A stretch of DNA of 63,613 bases, counting the filler, from Licmophora abbreviata (taxonomy: Eukaryota), in assembly GCA_900291995.1 (NCBI GenBank). It is 17 parts of 17 records of this genome, joined end to end, with 100 filler letters (N's around TTAATTAATTAA, not from the genome) between each part and the next. Parts side by side here need not be neighbours in the genome. Positions count along the whole stretch, not along the records: positions 24,405 to 28,847 come from OLMU01000905.1; positions 28,948 to 32,558 come from OLMU01000906.1; positions 32,659 to 34,612 come from OLMU01000907.1; positions 34,713 to 35,911 come from OLMU01000908.1; positions 36,012 to 43,195 come from OLMU01000909.1; 12 more parts are not named here. One strand, written 5' to 3'. Below, one piece after another: positions 24,877 to 38,911 of this stretch; position 1 is the first letter of the stretch; each line of letters starts with the position of its first letter. The notes under the pieces were generated by a model that saw nothing but the letters and a program-made list of their open reading frames with translations, had not been told where the DNA came from and made no database searches. Position numbers and translations under genes: made by a program.

Positions 24877-26248
24877 ATGTCATCTTCTTGGTCACAAAAA
24901 TTAGAAAGTCGATTGACCTCGTTGGCCGACACGGCAAGTCAAGAGTCCATTCAAGCGATCGCCAAATGGATAGGCTTCAATCGAAAGCACGGAGCGGCGC
25001 TCTGTGCTGCCCTGAAGCAGGCGCTGCTGAGTGAAAGCTTAGATCGAAAAACGCTATGTGTAAAAGTGATTCACCAAGTACTGCTTTTGGATCATGAAGG
25101 GGGGAATCCTGTAAAATGGGAGAAACTCGCAGACTTGCGTGTGCAAATCGGAGAGACGGTGTTGGTGCCCTGTCTGCCGGCGTTGATGAGCAGCAATACA
25201 GAATGGATGGAAACGGTGAACCCGTTGGTGAAAGAGTGGGATAACGCTAACGTGTTTGGAGGGCCGACACTCATTACGCAGATCAGGAAACTTGTGGCGA
25301 CGGATGCAGTGGAACAGACAAGCACCTCTGCCGTACCCCAGGACGACGAACCACGAGCAACCGCCGAGAATGAGCGGGTAGTTCCCAAGCCGGAGGATTC
25401 CGATTCCGCACCAAAGATGGAAACGAAAGCGGTGGAGGCCGATGAAACGCCTGTCGCACAGCAAGAGGAAGAAAGGAAGTTTCCAAGGTAGATCAACCGG
25501 CTACTGAAAATAATGAGACGCCACCGAAACGCAGGGGGTCTGTTGGGGAGCAAACAGATTTTGACTTCGAAAGCACGGTGAGTAATAAGCTTGTAAATTT
25601 CCTGGCGTGTCACTCGTTGAACCGAAACAACTACTCATGCATGCTTCTTTGTCCATAATCAAATACTGACAGGGAATCGCATACGCCAAGGTAGCTCCGA
25701 AAGAGTTTCTAGAGCCGTGCAAGGCAATCGCCACTCTGCAGATTGCTCGTGATCTACGAAGCGATGCCGCGGTGACGCTATCGTCTCGTCTTGCGTCGAT
25801 TCCCGACGAAGTTAAAAAGGCATGTCAAGAGCATAGTGAGGCCACTGAACTTCCAAAGGCATTGGCGGACGCATTCGCCTCTACAATTCCCGAAGATGTG
25901 CTTGATGCAGATCTAGACGAGGCACGACAGAACGCAGCGTTGTTTCTTGATATCATAAAAAAGCAACAGGAAGCTCGGAAGCAGCTGATCCAGCTCCTGA
26001 TCCAATCGCGATGTCAGTTTGGGTCCGAAGAGGCCGCAGAGGCCTTCTATAGCACGGAGGACGTGCTCGAGAGATTGAAGGAGCGAAAGGGACTTATCTC
26101 GGACGCGATGGATTTAGAAGGCCTCGATTTCGTTGAAGACAATACTGCCGAAAAGAAGAAAGATGACGCTCCGCTGGAACCCTTGACGTGGTATCGGCCC
26201 TCGGATGGCGAATCAGAGCCTGACTCGAAACGGGCGAAGCTTGAGTAG
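24877..26248 (+). CDS. RNA Pol II CTD-interacting (CID/RPR) domain protein, RPRD1/Rtt103-like; frameshift ~25472, intron 25578-25672
   Basis: LTSL..SQESIQAIAKWIGFNRKH...LVKEWDNANVFG. Adding one A at GAAA(25471) opens the frame to a GTGAGT donor, in phase with ORF 25772-26248. Confidence 0.8.
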
Positions 26249-26361
26249 TAGAATTCAAGCCCATTTAAATGGTCATTATTCTAGTCTATGAGTTTTTCGG
26301 CTTCTTCTTTTGATTTTCATGCCCGTCCATAGGCTCGCTTATGCCACCTCCCCGACCTGTC

Positions 26362-27931
26362 TCATGACGGCCCAGAGGCTTCATCCGACCCGCATGGAAT
26401 CAATGCTCGAAACAAATCCATGTTGGCCTTGACAAACGACAGGCTCATTCCTTGCCTCCGACACCAGCGCTGCAACCTGTCTCGGGAGTCGGGCGACGCG
26501 TCGTGCGCATCCGCGTTTCGTGTCACCGGTTTCCACAGGGGCGGAGATGCTGACGGGAGACACTCGCTTGCAGACGGAAAGCCCGTAGATGCTATGTACC
26601 GCTCTTCCGCTAGTTTGAGCACAGCTTCATCCGGAGGGAGAGTCCAATCACGGAACGAATCAAAGCGAAGATCGCTCCAAATGGCTTCTGCTCCAGTTGG
26701 CTCAACTTCAGAGCTGCGAAGCTCCATGGCACGACATCGATCCACGTACCGTCGGGCCAAGGGCAGAAGGGACGCAGTCACCATTTCTTCCCACACCATT
26801 CCAAGAGCGACCAAGGCAGAGCAATCGAACGCTTCCATCAGCAACGCAGGCGAAGGTTTTTGCGTTGTCGGGAACACGGAGTGAATCGTTTTTCGGCCTG
26901 GTCTTGTTGGGGTCCATTGGAACATGCATCGCGACCTTTTCGGTCTTGCGGTAATTCTTCTTCAACCATTGATACGTCTGATCGTTGTCATCATACGCCC
27001 ACTTCTGCCAATCTTCGCGTTTCAATTCAGCTTTGGACCTCTTCTTCATCTTGCTCTCATCCTCCGAATCGCTGTGTCCCAGAAACGTTCTTTCGTTCCA
27101 TACCTCTTCATAGTCTACTTGCGAAGGCTTTAGCTTCTTCAAGGGTTCACTTACCTCTCTGGCAATATATCTGAGGAATGACGGTGGAAGCGGTGCGTTT
27201 GGAAGAAAAAGTAGCGGATTGTGCGGTGGTCGCTTGCGTTTGCGTCCAGTGGTCTTGGATCTAGTGCTGTCGTCAAGCTCGCCATCGTGGTTGTGATGTG
27301 TCGCCCAACCCACTAATCGACTTATATCTGAGACCGGAATGATGTTAAAGAGATTGTCTTCACCCCATGTCGTCATTTTCTCAAGCTCATAAAAATCAAC
27401 AGTCTCCTCTGTCCACCGCATGCCCAATCCACCTCCATCTTCAACACTCGACTCGGAATCAGAGCTCGACGATGACGCCAAATCGACTGGAGGCGGATAT
27501 CCTGGAGGAACCAGCGCGTTCCGTTTCGCACGACGAGCATTGCGGCTCACTCTTACCATGCCCGTCCCAACTTTGTGATAGTGGCGGAGGCTTGCATTGC
27601 GGTGGTCGCGAATGGGATATGCAACCGGCAAAACAGGTAGAGGTGCTCCGGAACGACGGGGCATGGGCCGCACCCGAGGCAGCAGTGGAGGTTCCTGGAC
27701 TTGTAGAGTCTCCGGGATAGAATCAGTGTCTTGTTTCATCTCAGAATCGTCACCCTCGTGGCTGCTGCTACCATCACTGCTGCTACTCTTGCTTTCGCTG
27801 CTTCTGCTCCCCGCCGATGACAACAGCGAGCTACTGCTGCTGCTGTCGCCGCCGGAGGATCCACTGCTGGTGACGGATGAGCTCCCATTTACACTGCTTT
27901 CATCACTTCCATCAACTGGACTCATCCTCAA
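26362..27931 (-). CDS. Hypothetical nuclear protein with Rrn10-like motif; frameshift ~26857-26861
   Basis: Two overlapping ORFs join if one base is removed from an A5 run; Ser-rich N-terminus, NLS-like GRKRKRPP, motif LMEAFDCSALVALGMVWEE. Confidence 0.65.
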
Positions 27932-28283
27932 AGTGGTAAGCCGTTCCGCCTTGATGAAAAACAGTGCCGGGTCAGAAGGACGAGTGCCATAAGCATGATG
28001 TGTGTGTGGTCTCTCGCTGTGTGTATGTGCAATACTTTCAAATTGTTAACTTTGTGTTGACGCGTTTTGGCTGGTGTGCGGCCAGACGCTGTGTGGCTTC
28101 CAATCGGGAGCAAAACGGGACGACTAATGTGGAACACAACCTAGTACTGTAGTCTATCTATTGTGGAGGGAACGGCGGATGTAAACCGCGAGTCAAAACT
28201 AAACTAACGATACTCGTTGTTTGCTGTAAAGTTTAAGCTCTCTAGATAATGGACGAGTTATCATTCCTAATGATTGCTCGATA

Positions 28284-29978
<1,695 letters not shown>

Positions 29979-30284
29979 AGTAGACGCAAGAAGAAGATGG
30001 TGAACTGTGTGGGATCATGGTGAAATGGTCAAGTGTGTCGCGCCACGATATACCTGTGGTTCGCGAGTACCGAACCCATCTAGTAGCACGTTTGCTACTT
30101 ATGAATCTGCATGTCGACTCCGACCGCGCGCGAAAGGAAAGGAACACTTTCGAGCCTCCAAGAAGCCCAGAAACCAGAATCGAATCTTTTTTGCAAACAA
30201 CAACGCTAGATGCTGTCATTTGCACGGCACTTACTTTGTAGCCCCGTCTTCTAGTTTATATATCATAGTACTTCTCATTGCACC

Positions 30285-31087
30285 ATGCCTGAAACGATCG
30301 GAGTCTTGGGCGCCACCGGAAGTACCGGAACGCACTTCGTCAAGCTGGCGCTCGCGGAAGGCTACAACGTCAAGGCACTGGCTCGGACGCCTTCCAAGAT
30401 CGAGACCAAGGACGACAAACTCACCGTCATTCAGGGTACCTTTGACGATGAGAGTGCCATGAAGCAGCTCTTGGAAGGATGCGACTATGTCGTCTGTATG
30501 GCAGGATTCTCCTTTGGAAAGCCTTCGTCCTATCCCAAAGATATGATGCTGAATCTTGTCAAGCTCATCACGTCGCTTTTGACGGACCGCACCAAGGTCT
30601 TCTTGTACCAGGCCGGAGCATTTTCAGCCGACAAGGATGGAAATATGCCCTTCTTGATGTTCTTGATGAAGCACACACTTGCGCGCATCATGGGTATCTA
30701 CCCGAATGTCATCGACAACGAAGAAGTCACCAAGTACCTGGGCAGTGACGAGTGCAAGGATGTCACTAGCATCATTACGCGGCCGGGGATGCTCAAGGAA
30801 ATGGACGGCGCTGCGAACAAAGAAGCGGTCCTTTCCGAGTCGGTACGTTCAAAAGAGGAATTTCTTGTTGGCGACTGTGCATGTCGCCTATTGCTACTGT
30901 TGTTGTCTACTGGTATGTCGTCGTTTCTCTAACATATTGCAATCTGCCTTTTTGTTGTTCTGTCTGTGATTCAAACTTACAGCCCGAGAGCGGAGCCCTC
31001 GCCTTTGTCGATCTTGCCAAGTGCAGCTTGAAAGCTCTCAAGGACGAGTCTGCCTATGGAAAGAATCTCTTTGTCGCCTACAAGTGA
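30285..31087 (+). CDS. NAD(P)-binding Rossmann oxidoreductase (flavin reductase/BLVRB-like); intron 30843-30982
   Basis: IGVLGATGSTG, VKALARTPSK, IITRPGML; phase-0 intron to the AFVDLA exon. Confidence 0.85.
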
Positions 31088-31238
31088 AAAGTTACGATAC
31101 TGTCGTAACTAGCTCTACGATCGAACAAGGTATTAATAACAGTTGAGTTTGCATGTCATTTTACAAGAGTTGATGAAAAAATATCGTGGCATTGTAGTTG
31201 GAAGAAGCGAGTGCTGCCTGATGACGATGATGATGCTG

Positions 31239-32441
31239 TCATGTTGGTGCAGTAGGAGTAGACGATGACTCCCGCACTAGCATCTGACACATCCTTTCGG
31301 AAAATCCCATGGGCGAAGTACGTCCCACCGCGCACAGTCCCTCCTCATTCGCAATAGTAGTATTACACGCAACCACCAGACAGTAGTGTTCCATCAACAA
31401 CTTCCACTCTTCCACTTCATCCAAAAACTCTGCTCGATTGGCCTGCATTTGTTGATCTCGCGTCACCACCGTATGGTAGGCCTGCCACATATCACAAGCA
31501 ACGGCCGTATGGAAGCCACCATGAACCACGAGCTTGACCAAATGCTGTTGCAAGGTGCGAGTCTGAATCATACTGGAGTTGGGCGATACGACACCGGCGC
31601 GTGTCAAATGCTCCTCCATGACACGTCCAAAGGCATTGTTGTTGTTGTCGCGATCAAGCAGGATGGGATCGTACAATACCAGAGACGCCAGTGTACAAGT
31701 CTTGGAAATGTGATGCCACAACGAACGACTGCTGTCTTCGGGCAAGTACATTTGGACGCATTCGGAAACAAACAAGACTGGTTGCGATGCGGAGAATCCA
31801 TGCCGTGTCAGGGTCTCGAGCAAAGAAGACGGAGGCAATCGTAGGTCGTGACTGATGCATGTGCAGGAGCGTTTGACTGATGCAGTAGTAGTCGTCGCCA
31901 ACGTTTGTTGTACGACGGTAAAGGCATCGTCGTCACTTTTACTACTACAACTCGCATTCGTGAGTCGAGTCAAGTTCCATTCTTGCAAGTGTCGTTCGAG
32001 TATGCTTCGTTTTCGGTGCATGACGGAAGCAAGATCGACTTCAAACCAGTGTTGCGGACCATGCCGATTGTCAGCAGTAGTATCCCCTCCCGACGCATGA
32101 TACTGCCCCTGCCGCAAGAAGGTAGTATCCATTCCAGCACCCAGCACGACAATCTGTGTCGTCGTCGTCGTCGTGTTGCTATTCTTAGCATTCTGCAATT
32201 GAAGAAAGGCAGTTACCGCACGATCGATGCATGCCACTCGTGCGTGCGTGCCTCTCTTGATAATGGGTTGAATGGAAGTACTACTGCGTGGAGGATGGTG
32301 CACAGAATGCGTCGATGCGGAAGCAACCACGTGTGCCTCAAGGTAGGGATCCGAATAGTATCCAGCCCGGACCGCTGCATGCTTGGCACGCAGAGCGTCG
32401 TCCGCTGTCCCCATGACGGCTGCATCGTTCTGCTGCTGCAT
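31239..32441 (-). CDS. Leucine carboxyl methyltransferase (LCMT1/PPM1-like)
   Basis: GTADDA..K..AV..GYYSDPY, PIIKRGTHAR, QIVVLGAGMDT, FEVD, DLR, SECVQMY, EFLDEVEEW.LLMEHYC. Confidence 0.92.
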   Translation of the reverse strand: MQQQNDAAVMGTADDALRAKHAAVRAGYYSDPYLEAHVVASASTHSVHHPPRSSTSIQPIIKRGTHARVACIDRAVTAFLQLQNAKNSNTTTTTTQIVVLGAGMDTTFLRQGQYHASGGDTTADNRHGPQHWFEVDLASVMHRKRSILERHLQEWNLTRLTNASCSSKSDDDAFTVVQQTLATTTTASVKRSCTCISHDLRLPPSSLLETLTRHGFSASQPVLFVSECVQMYLPEDSSRSLWHHISKTCTLASLVLYDPILLDRDNNNNAFGRVMEEHLTRAGVVSPNSSMIQTRTLQQHLVKLVVHGGFHTAVACDMWQAYHTVVTRDQQMQANRAEFLDEVEEWKLLMEHYCLVVACNTTIANEEGLCAVGRTSPMGFSERMCQMLVRESSSTPTAPT

Positions 32442-32673
32442 CAGGAGGATGAGCTACTGAACCAGCCAAGTATAGATGGAACGCTGAACACGGCTGTCAT
32501 CATTGCAATGATTGTTTAACAGTTTGAAGTTAGGCCGTAAGGTGAATTTTGAATTTTGNNNNNNNNNNNNNNNNNNNNNNNNNNNNNNNNNNNNNNNNNN
32601 NNTTAATTAATTAANNNNNNNNNNNNNNNNNNNNNNNNNNNNNNNNNNNNNNNNNNNNTGCCCATATGGTGAT

Positions 32674-32881
32674 TAGGGATCCGAATAGTATCCAGCCCGG
32701 ACCGCCGCATGCTTGGCACGCAGAGCGTCGTCCGCTGTCCCTATGACGGCTGCATCGTTCTGCTGCTGCATCAGGAGGATGAGCTACAGAACCAGCCAAG
32801 TATAGATGGAACGCTGAACACGGCTGTCATCATTGCAATGATTGTTTTACAGTTTGAAGTTTGGCGTAAGGTGAATTTTGA
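32674..32881. repeat. Near-identical second copy of 32344-32552 across a spacer (contig overlap or allele)
   Basis: ~210 bp direct repeat with a few substitutions and indels, on either side of spacer 32559-32658. Confidence 0.9.
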
Positions 32882-33125
32882 TTTGAGTAATTCAACAAGT
32901 GAACCAGGTACTGACGACGGACAGAAATATATAGACCTCGTGATACTCCTCCAGAGCTCGCCACATCGACGAACAGAGAAGAAAGTCGAACGCGAAAGTC
33001 GTCGCGCCACGATGACACAAAAAGACTAGAAAAGACACTAAACACTTCATCTTCCTCCTCCTCACAGCGACTGTCGTCTTCGTTACCAAACGGCACTTTC
33101 ACTACAGTTGCCCTAACCGAAAACA

Positions 33126-34612
33126 ATGGAATTTGAAGCCGCCGCAAGGAGACTGGAGAAAGATCAGTCCGCATGGAAGAGGTCTTCCAAGAACCGTGTC
33201 GTGATCTCTGCAAAAGCCAAGAGGGAAGCCGATTATCGAAGGCGACAGCAGGAGAAGCGACAACGAGAACGTCAAGAGCAACAAAAAGCCTTGGGCTATC
33301 AGCAGCGTTACTATACACGATGCGAACGGGCGCTCGGGACCAAGTCGTTACTATCGTTCGCGACGAGCAAGAATGATGATGATGATGATGATCACGTGAG
33401 AGGTCTCTCGCTGCAGGCCACGTCGATTCACGGAGACGGTGATAAGGTAGCACTGCCTCCCTCGGTGCTGCAGTACTTGACGGAAAAGTCCATGATGGAG
33501 GATAAACCGTCGCAAGCTTCCTCATCGCCGTGGACCTTTCGAATTGGAATATTGAGACGCGACAGTGACGGTGGAAATTACTCCTTTCCCGCGTCACCCA
33601 TGATTCAAGTCATGCGGCCTCCTCGTAATGACGGCGACGACAATCATGACATGATGAATACTACTAGTGATGACGAGGAAGACGAGGACTCCAAGGATGC
33701 GTTCTTGGACGAGCTCTCGCATAAGTACATTTCCTACACGCACGGTACGGTCGTGGAGTTTACTCAAGATGAGGGACATGTCGGACTCCCAGCCTCCATT
33801 GCCAAGCGGCTCCTCAACAGCAGCAGCAGCAGCAGCACCTTGGATCAAGAAAAAGTAATAGTACCCACCACACGTACTCAGGATCCTGCAGGGGCAAGTA
33901 CAATAACGGATGAAATGACAAACGACGACGACAAGACTCCCGGTCACCTTGCGTGGGGCGCATTCCGTGTACCGTCGCTCCCCGTTGAAGTCACGCTTGT
34001 AACTCTACCCAAAGGCAGTCACTGTACCTTGATTCCCACCAAAGAAGCCATAGTGAATGGCTTCCATCAGCTCAAGGATGTCAAATTGGTCTTGGAACAG
34101 TCCTTGATCCGCACGCGTGCTACACTGTCTGTGGGCGATACGGTGCATACGTGGCATCGAGGCGTCAAGTATGATTTGAGCGTGGAGTCCGTTTCTCCTG
34201 CCGATTTTGGCTCCGTTAGTTGTATCAACACAGACATCGAAGTGGAAATTGGTGCAACAAAGGAAGGAACAAAAGAAATTGAGAAACGGGACAGTGACAC
34301 TGCGGCTCGTGCGATGGAAGCGAGCAAGGAGGACGCGACGCCGTTTGCTCCTGGCATTGGACACAAGCTCACTGATGAGATTACTCTCGCTAATCCACCT
34401 ATGGACGCATGTACCCAGCAGCCCAATGGGGTTGAAGAAAGTTTGCTATTACCAGAACCATCAGCCGATCAGAATGAGAATATCTGCACGCTTCAGATTC
34501 GAACACCAAACGGTACCGGTCGGCGACGTTTTGATGTGCACCAGGCTACAGTAAAGGATCTCTTTGCCTTTGCGGCCCTACGTGATAGCTCCTTCCGATA
34601 CTACTTCAGTGT
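33126..34612 (+). CDS. UFD1-family protein with C-terminal UBX-like domain, 3' partial
   Basis: GDKVALPPSVL, THGTVVEFT..EG.VGLP, LPKG, VLEQSL...ATLSVGD, VSCINTDIEVEI; then LQIRTPNG..RRRF...TVKDLFAF. Confidence 0.85.
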
Positions 34613-34728
34613 NNNNNNNNNNNNNNNNNNNNNNNNNNNNNNNNNNNNNNNNNNNNTTAATTAATTAANNNNNNNNNNNNNNNNNNNNNNNNNNNNNNNN
34701 NNNNNNNNNNNNACAACCCTTCATCACC

Positions 34729-35403
34729 ATGCTCAACCAACTGTTTTATCCTGATGGCTACGACTACTACTATTCCCCTTATGAAGCGAGGAGGAGGAAC
34801 GAGATGATGCGGCGACGAGAATTCGAAGCACGTCGTCGTCGTCAAGCCGAGCTGGAGTACCTCCGACGAAAGGAGGAAGAGGAAGAGCAGCGAAGGCAGC
34901 AAGAAGCCATACGACGCTACCAGCATCAGAAAAGGGAAGAGGAGTATCGTCGTCGAAAGTGCCAGGCGATGCGTGCTCGCCAGATGAGCGATGAGGAATT
35001 GATTCCCACGCGATTCTTCGGAGCTCCCGGTTGTGGACAGCGACCCACGATGGAGTACCCAGAAGGCACTCTATTGCGAGGCACCGATGGACGATTGTAT
35101 CGTGTTGCTCGTGGCGCAGAGTCGCATTTGAAGAAGTCAGTGCCGCACAAAAAGACGGTCCTGGTCAACACCTCGTCCCCACGCGATCTGGAAGGGAGCC
35201 ATATCACTGCTACATCCGTGGATTCTTCAGCTGCACTCAGCACGAAACGATCGAACGATGCCAAGAAAGCCCGTCGCAAGCGTGTGACTATTGTGGTGGA
35301 GGATGCGTCTGACAGCGAAAATGAGGACGAGTCCCTCGATTCTGTATTTCGCCGTCGTCTTCCTTCCCCCGGCGAGTGGATTGAACCAGTCGAGGGCGCT
35401 TGA
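34729..35403 (+). CDS. Hypothetical protein with Arg/Glu-rich helix
   Basis: 224-aa ATG ORF with a long E/R-rich helical segment; no domain recognised. Confidence 0.65.
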   Translation: MLNQLFYPDGYDYYYSPYEARRRNEMMRRREFEARRRRQAELEYLRRKEEEEEQRRQQEAIRRYQHQKREEEYRRRKCQAMRARQMSDEELIPTRFFGAPGCGQRPTMEYPEGTLLRGTDGRLYRVARGAESHLKKSVPHKKTVLVNTSSPRDLEGSHITATSVDSSAALSTKRSNDAKKARRKRVTIVVEDASDSENEDESLDSVFRRRLPSPGEWIEPVEGA

Positions 35404-36427
35404 ATGCAAGAGAAAATGAGGACGTTGACCATTTAGAAACTAGCTTGCGAGCCTTCCCTATGAATGACGACTGTACTCCCTGATTGCACTTTAAATTAGG
35501 TGCGCAATTGACGAGTGCTGAGTAGAAAGTCTGAATTCGTATCGTCGCGTCCCATCATGCACAGGTGGTCTACCCAACTCCGCCGAGCCGCGCGTACATT
35601 GACTTAGGACATGATATTCTCCAAGACGGCATAGAGCAGACGACGGTGGACTCGGTAAAACGGCTGCAGAGCACTTACCTTCATGGAAGAGGGACGCTAC
35701 AACCGGTACATGTATGTGATGAACGATGGTCTGTCCAGCATCCGTTCCTCGGAATCTAGCACAAAAACGCGACTAGATTGCAAGATTCAAGTTGCTCCGG
35801 AATGTTCTTCCGGTGGAAGGGCCTTCGGTTGAGGCGCTCACAAAATCAACAACACAACAAAACTCAAACCTACTTATAGAAGAAACGAACATGACTTCCA
35901 CGCCTTTCAAGNNNNNNNNNNNNNNNNNNNNNNNNNNNNNNNNNNNNNNNNNNNNTTAATTAATTAANNNNNNNNNNNNNNNNNNNNNNNNNNNNNNNNN
36001 NNNNNNNNNNNGTACTAGCTATCGCATCACTGTAGTACGAATAGCATGATAAAACTCCGAAAGTAGATTCACTCTACAACACCATGCTGGTACTCTTTTC
36101 TTTTTATCTCGTCCATCCTACCCCTGTGCCCTTCGACAACATCTTGCTTCTTTCCTCCTCAAACGTATCAGGCATTCTTGGCATCACCTAAACCAATATG
36201 GCGCTCGCTCTCTTTTGTTATGGCTGTCAGTCGAAGCAGTCAAGTTTCATATCGTCTGGGCGTCGTCCATCGAGGCGCGTACCATCGCTCTCTCGCCGCC
36301 ATTCAAGTTAAATAGTCTAACCAACCAACTGTCTGATAGACAATGTTCTGTTGATGACTTTCGTCGTTCTCGTCGCCCTCTTGTTGCTAAATATAGCCTG
36401 TGATCTTTATTTCCTTTGGTTTTGGCA

Positions 36428-38878
36428 ATGGGCTTGAAGAAGCGAAGTAAATCGAAGGCCCACCAGAGCTCGGATAGAAAGAATGAAGATGATGAAATGG
36501 AGCAAGACGATCGCTTTCGGGCTGCAACCACACGCCCGCAGTTTTCCAAACCGAAGGAGCAGTCTTCCAAGGTGGTTCTAGACGACAGGTTCTCCTCAGT
36601 CTTGACGGATCCTCGCTTTCGGTTACAAGAAAAAGACAAATATGGCCGGAAATCTAAAGAGTCTGTGGAGAATGAATTATCCGCGTTTTATACGGTCGAC
36701 CGAGGGGAACATGATGACGACGATGCGGCTACAAGCAGCGACGCCGAGGATCAGCAGAATAATGAGACTCCCGAGGAAGAGCAAAAACAGACGGATAAGG
36801 ACGATACCGAGGATCCAGGGTCTCGCATCGCTTACCTGACTGCGTTGTCTCGAGGTGAACTCTCCGTATCGTCCTCTTCGGACGATGAGATTGATTCCGA
36901 CTCTCCCGATTCTGACTCGGACAAGGACGAGGAGGATTCTGTGTACGGAGCATCCGGTATCTTGGATCCTTCTTATCAACATGATCAAAATCAGGTCTCT
37001 CGAACGACCGAGTCGACCCGATTCATGGCCATTACTAACATGGATTGGACCAACGTCCGTGCCGTCGATTTGTTCTCGATTTTGTCCAGTTTCACTCCAC
37101 CAGGATCTGTGAAACGAGTTCAAGTGTTTCCGAGTAACTTTGGAATAGAACGCATGGCTCAAGATACTTTGTACGGACCGACGAATCTTTGGAAAAATAA
37201 GGGGAAGAATCGTGGAGACAGGAGCGGAGAAAATTTGGACAAAAACGAGCCTGTGTCAGAGGACGATGACAACAGTAGCAATGATGACTTAGGACAAGAC
37301 GACGACGATTCCAATCAGCCAATGCTTCGAATTGAGGAAAACGTTACCGATACAGACTTTGATATGGAGAAGCTGCGAGCATATGAGGCGGCGAAACTCA
37401 AGTACTACTTTGCCGTGATTGAGTTTGCTTCTCCAGAACATGCCGATGTCGCTTACCGGGAAGTCGATGGACTTGAGTTTGAGCATTCCAGTGCGGCTTT
37501 GGACATGAGAGCCATACCATCTGCTGATCTGGAAAGTGTAACAGAAGCTCGCAAGCTTCGCGACGAAGCGACCTGTATTCCTGGAAACTACGACCCTCCC
37601 GACTTCATCGTGAACGCCCTACAGCAGACAACTGTTCAATGCACGTGGGAAGATGGTGAGTTGGATCGTGAAAGAAGACTCACGGGCTATGGAAGAGGAG
37701 ACCGTGGAAAGTGGAACTTACTGACTGAAGCAGATGACTTGCGAGCGTATCTTGCCTCCGACGGATCCAGTGGCGAAGAGGACGACGAGGATTCCGACAA
37801 GGAGCGCGAGGGCAAGGGATCAAACATGCGAAAGCTCCTTGGGCTGGATAGTGACAGTGAGACCGACAGATCACACCCGCAATCTTCTGGCCAGTCTGTG
37901 TCGGCAGAGGAGGAAGAAGTGAACGGTTATGACGAAAATGAGGTCGTCAAACAGGTGACATTTGTACCAGGAAAGGGAAAGCTGGAAGAGAAGATCCGGA
38001 ACAAACTGGAAGCCAAGAAAGAAGAAACCGATGAGCTCACTCCATGGGAGAAGTATCAGCTGAAGAGGAAAAAGAAGAGACGCGAACGCAGGCAGTCGCG
38101 CCGGAAAGGGCGCGGCGACGTGGAAAGTCCACTAGTTGATAAAGCGGTAGATGATGGAATGTACGGCTCAGATCCTGAGTTCGGAAAGGCCGAGTTTGGC
38201 AGCGACGACAACGACGACGATTTTTTCGTGAATGAAGGCGGGGCGCAGAAGACAAAATCTACTCCTAGGGAATCCCGTAAGACTCCTGATAGCAAGAGGG
38301 GTCGTGGGCAAGTTGAAGATGCTCCGGGGCGCACACCGAGCTCGAAAGCAGAACTGGAACTTCTTCTTGCCGGTGACGATGGTGAGTTTGTTGAAGTGCA
38401 TGTGAGGTTTTTTTCACAGAGATTACAACTTATGATTGAGCTTCTTTCGTAAATATCTTCAGATGAAGAGGATGCCAGAGACTACGATATGCGTGGCCTG
38501 CGAAGAATCGACAAGAACAAAGGCAAGAAACTTCGCGGTGCTCGAAAAAGAAAGGAAGCTGAAGCTGCCGCCAATGTATCAGGTGCCGACTTCAGAATCG
38601 ATACTAGGGACGCGCGCTTTGCGTCGCTGATGGATGGCGTTGATGATCGATTTGGAATTGACCCGACGGATCCGAGTTTCAAGGAGACTACAGGAATGCG
38701 ACAGATCATGGCCGAGCAGACGAAACGGCGAAAGTCTAAGAAGCGCGCCAAACGAACAAGCGAGACGGTCACCCCTGATATAAGCGCCGAAGCCTCAACC
38801 GCATCCAGTGGTGGTGCAGCCGCTCTCAGTTCACTGGTGACGAGTCTTAAGTCCAAGGTCGCCAAAAGAGCTCAGTAA
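36428..38878 (+). CDS. ESF1: Pre-rRNA processing protein ESF1; intron 38382-38462
   Basis: LDDRF, DKYGR, TRFMAITNMDWTNVRAVDL, LRAYE..KLKYYFAV, DGLEFE, CTWE, TPWEKY, NUC153-like DARF...FGIDPTDPSFKET. Confidence 0.93.
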
Positions 38879-38911
38879 ACAACGCTCCTATTGAAGCTGT
38901 CCACTGGTTAG

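Noticed and set aside
35600..35911. Possible C/D snoRNA (GTGATGA at ~35716) or other ncRNA
   Set aside because: No downstream CTGA D box or terminal stem found
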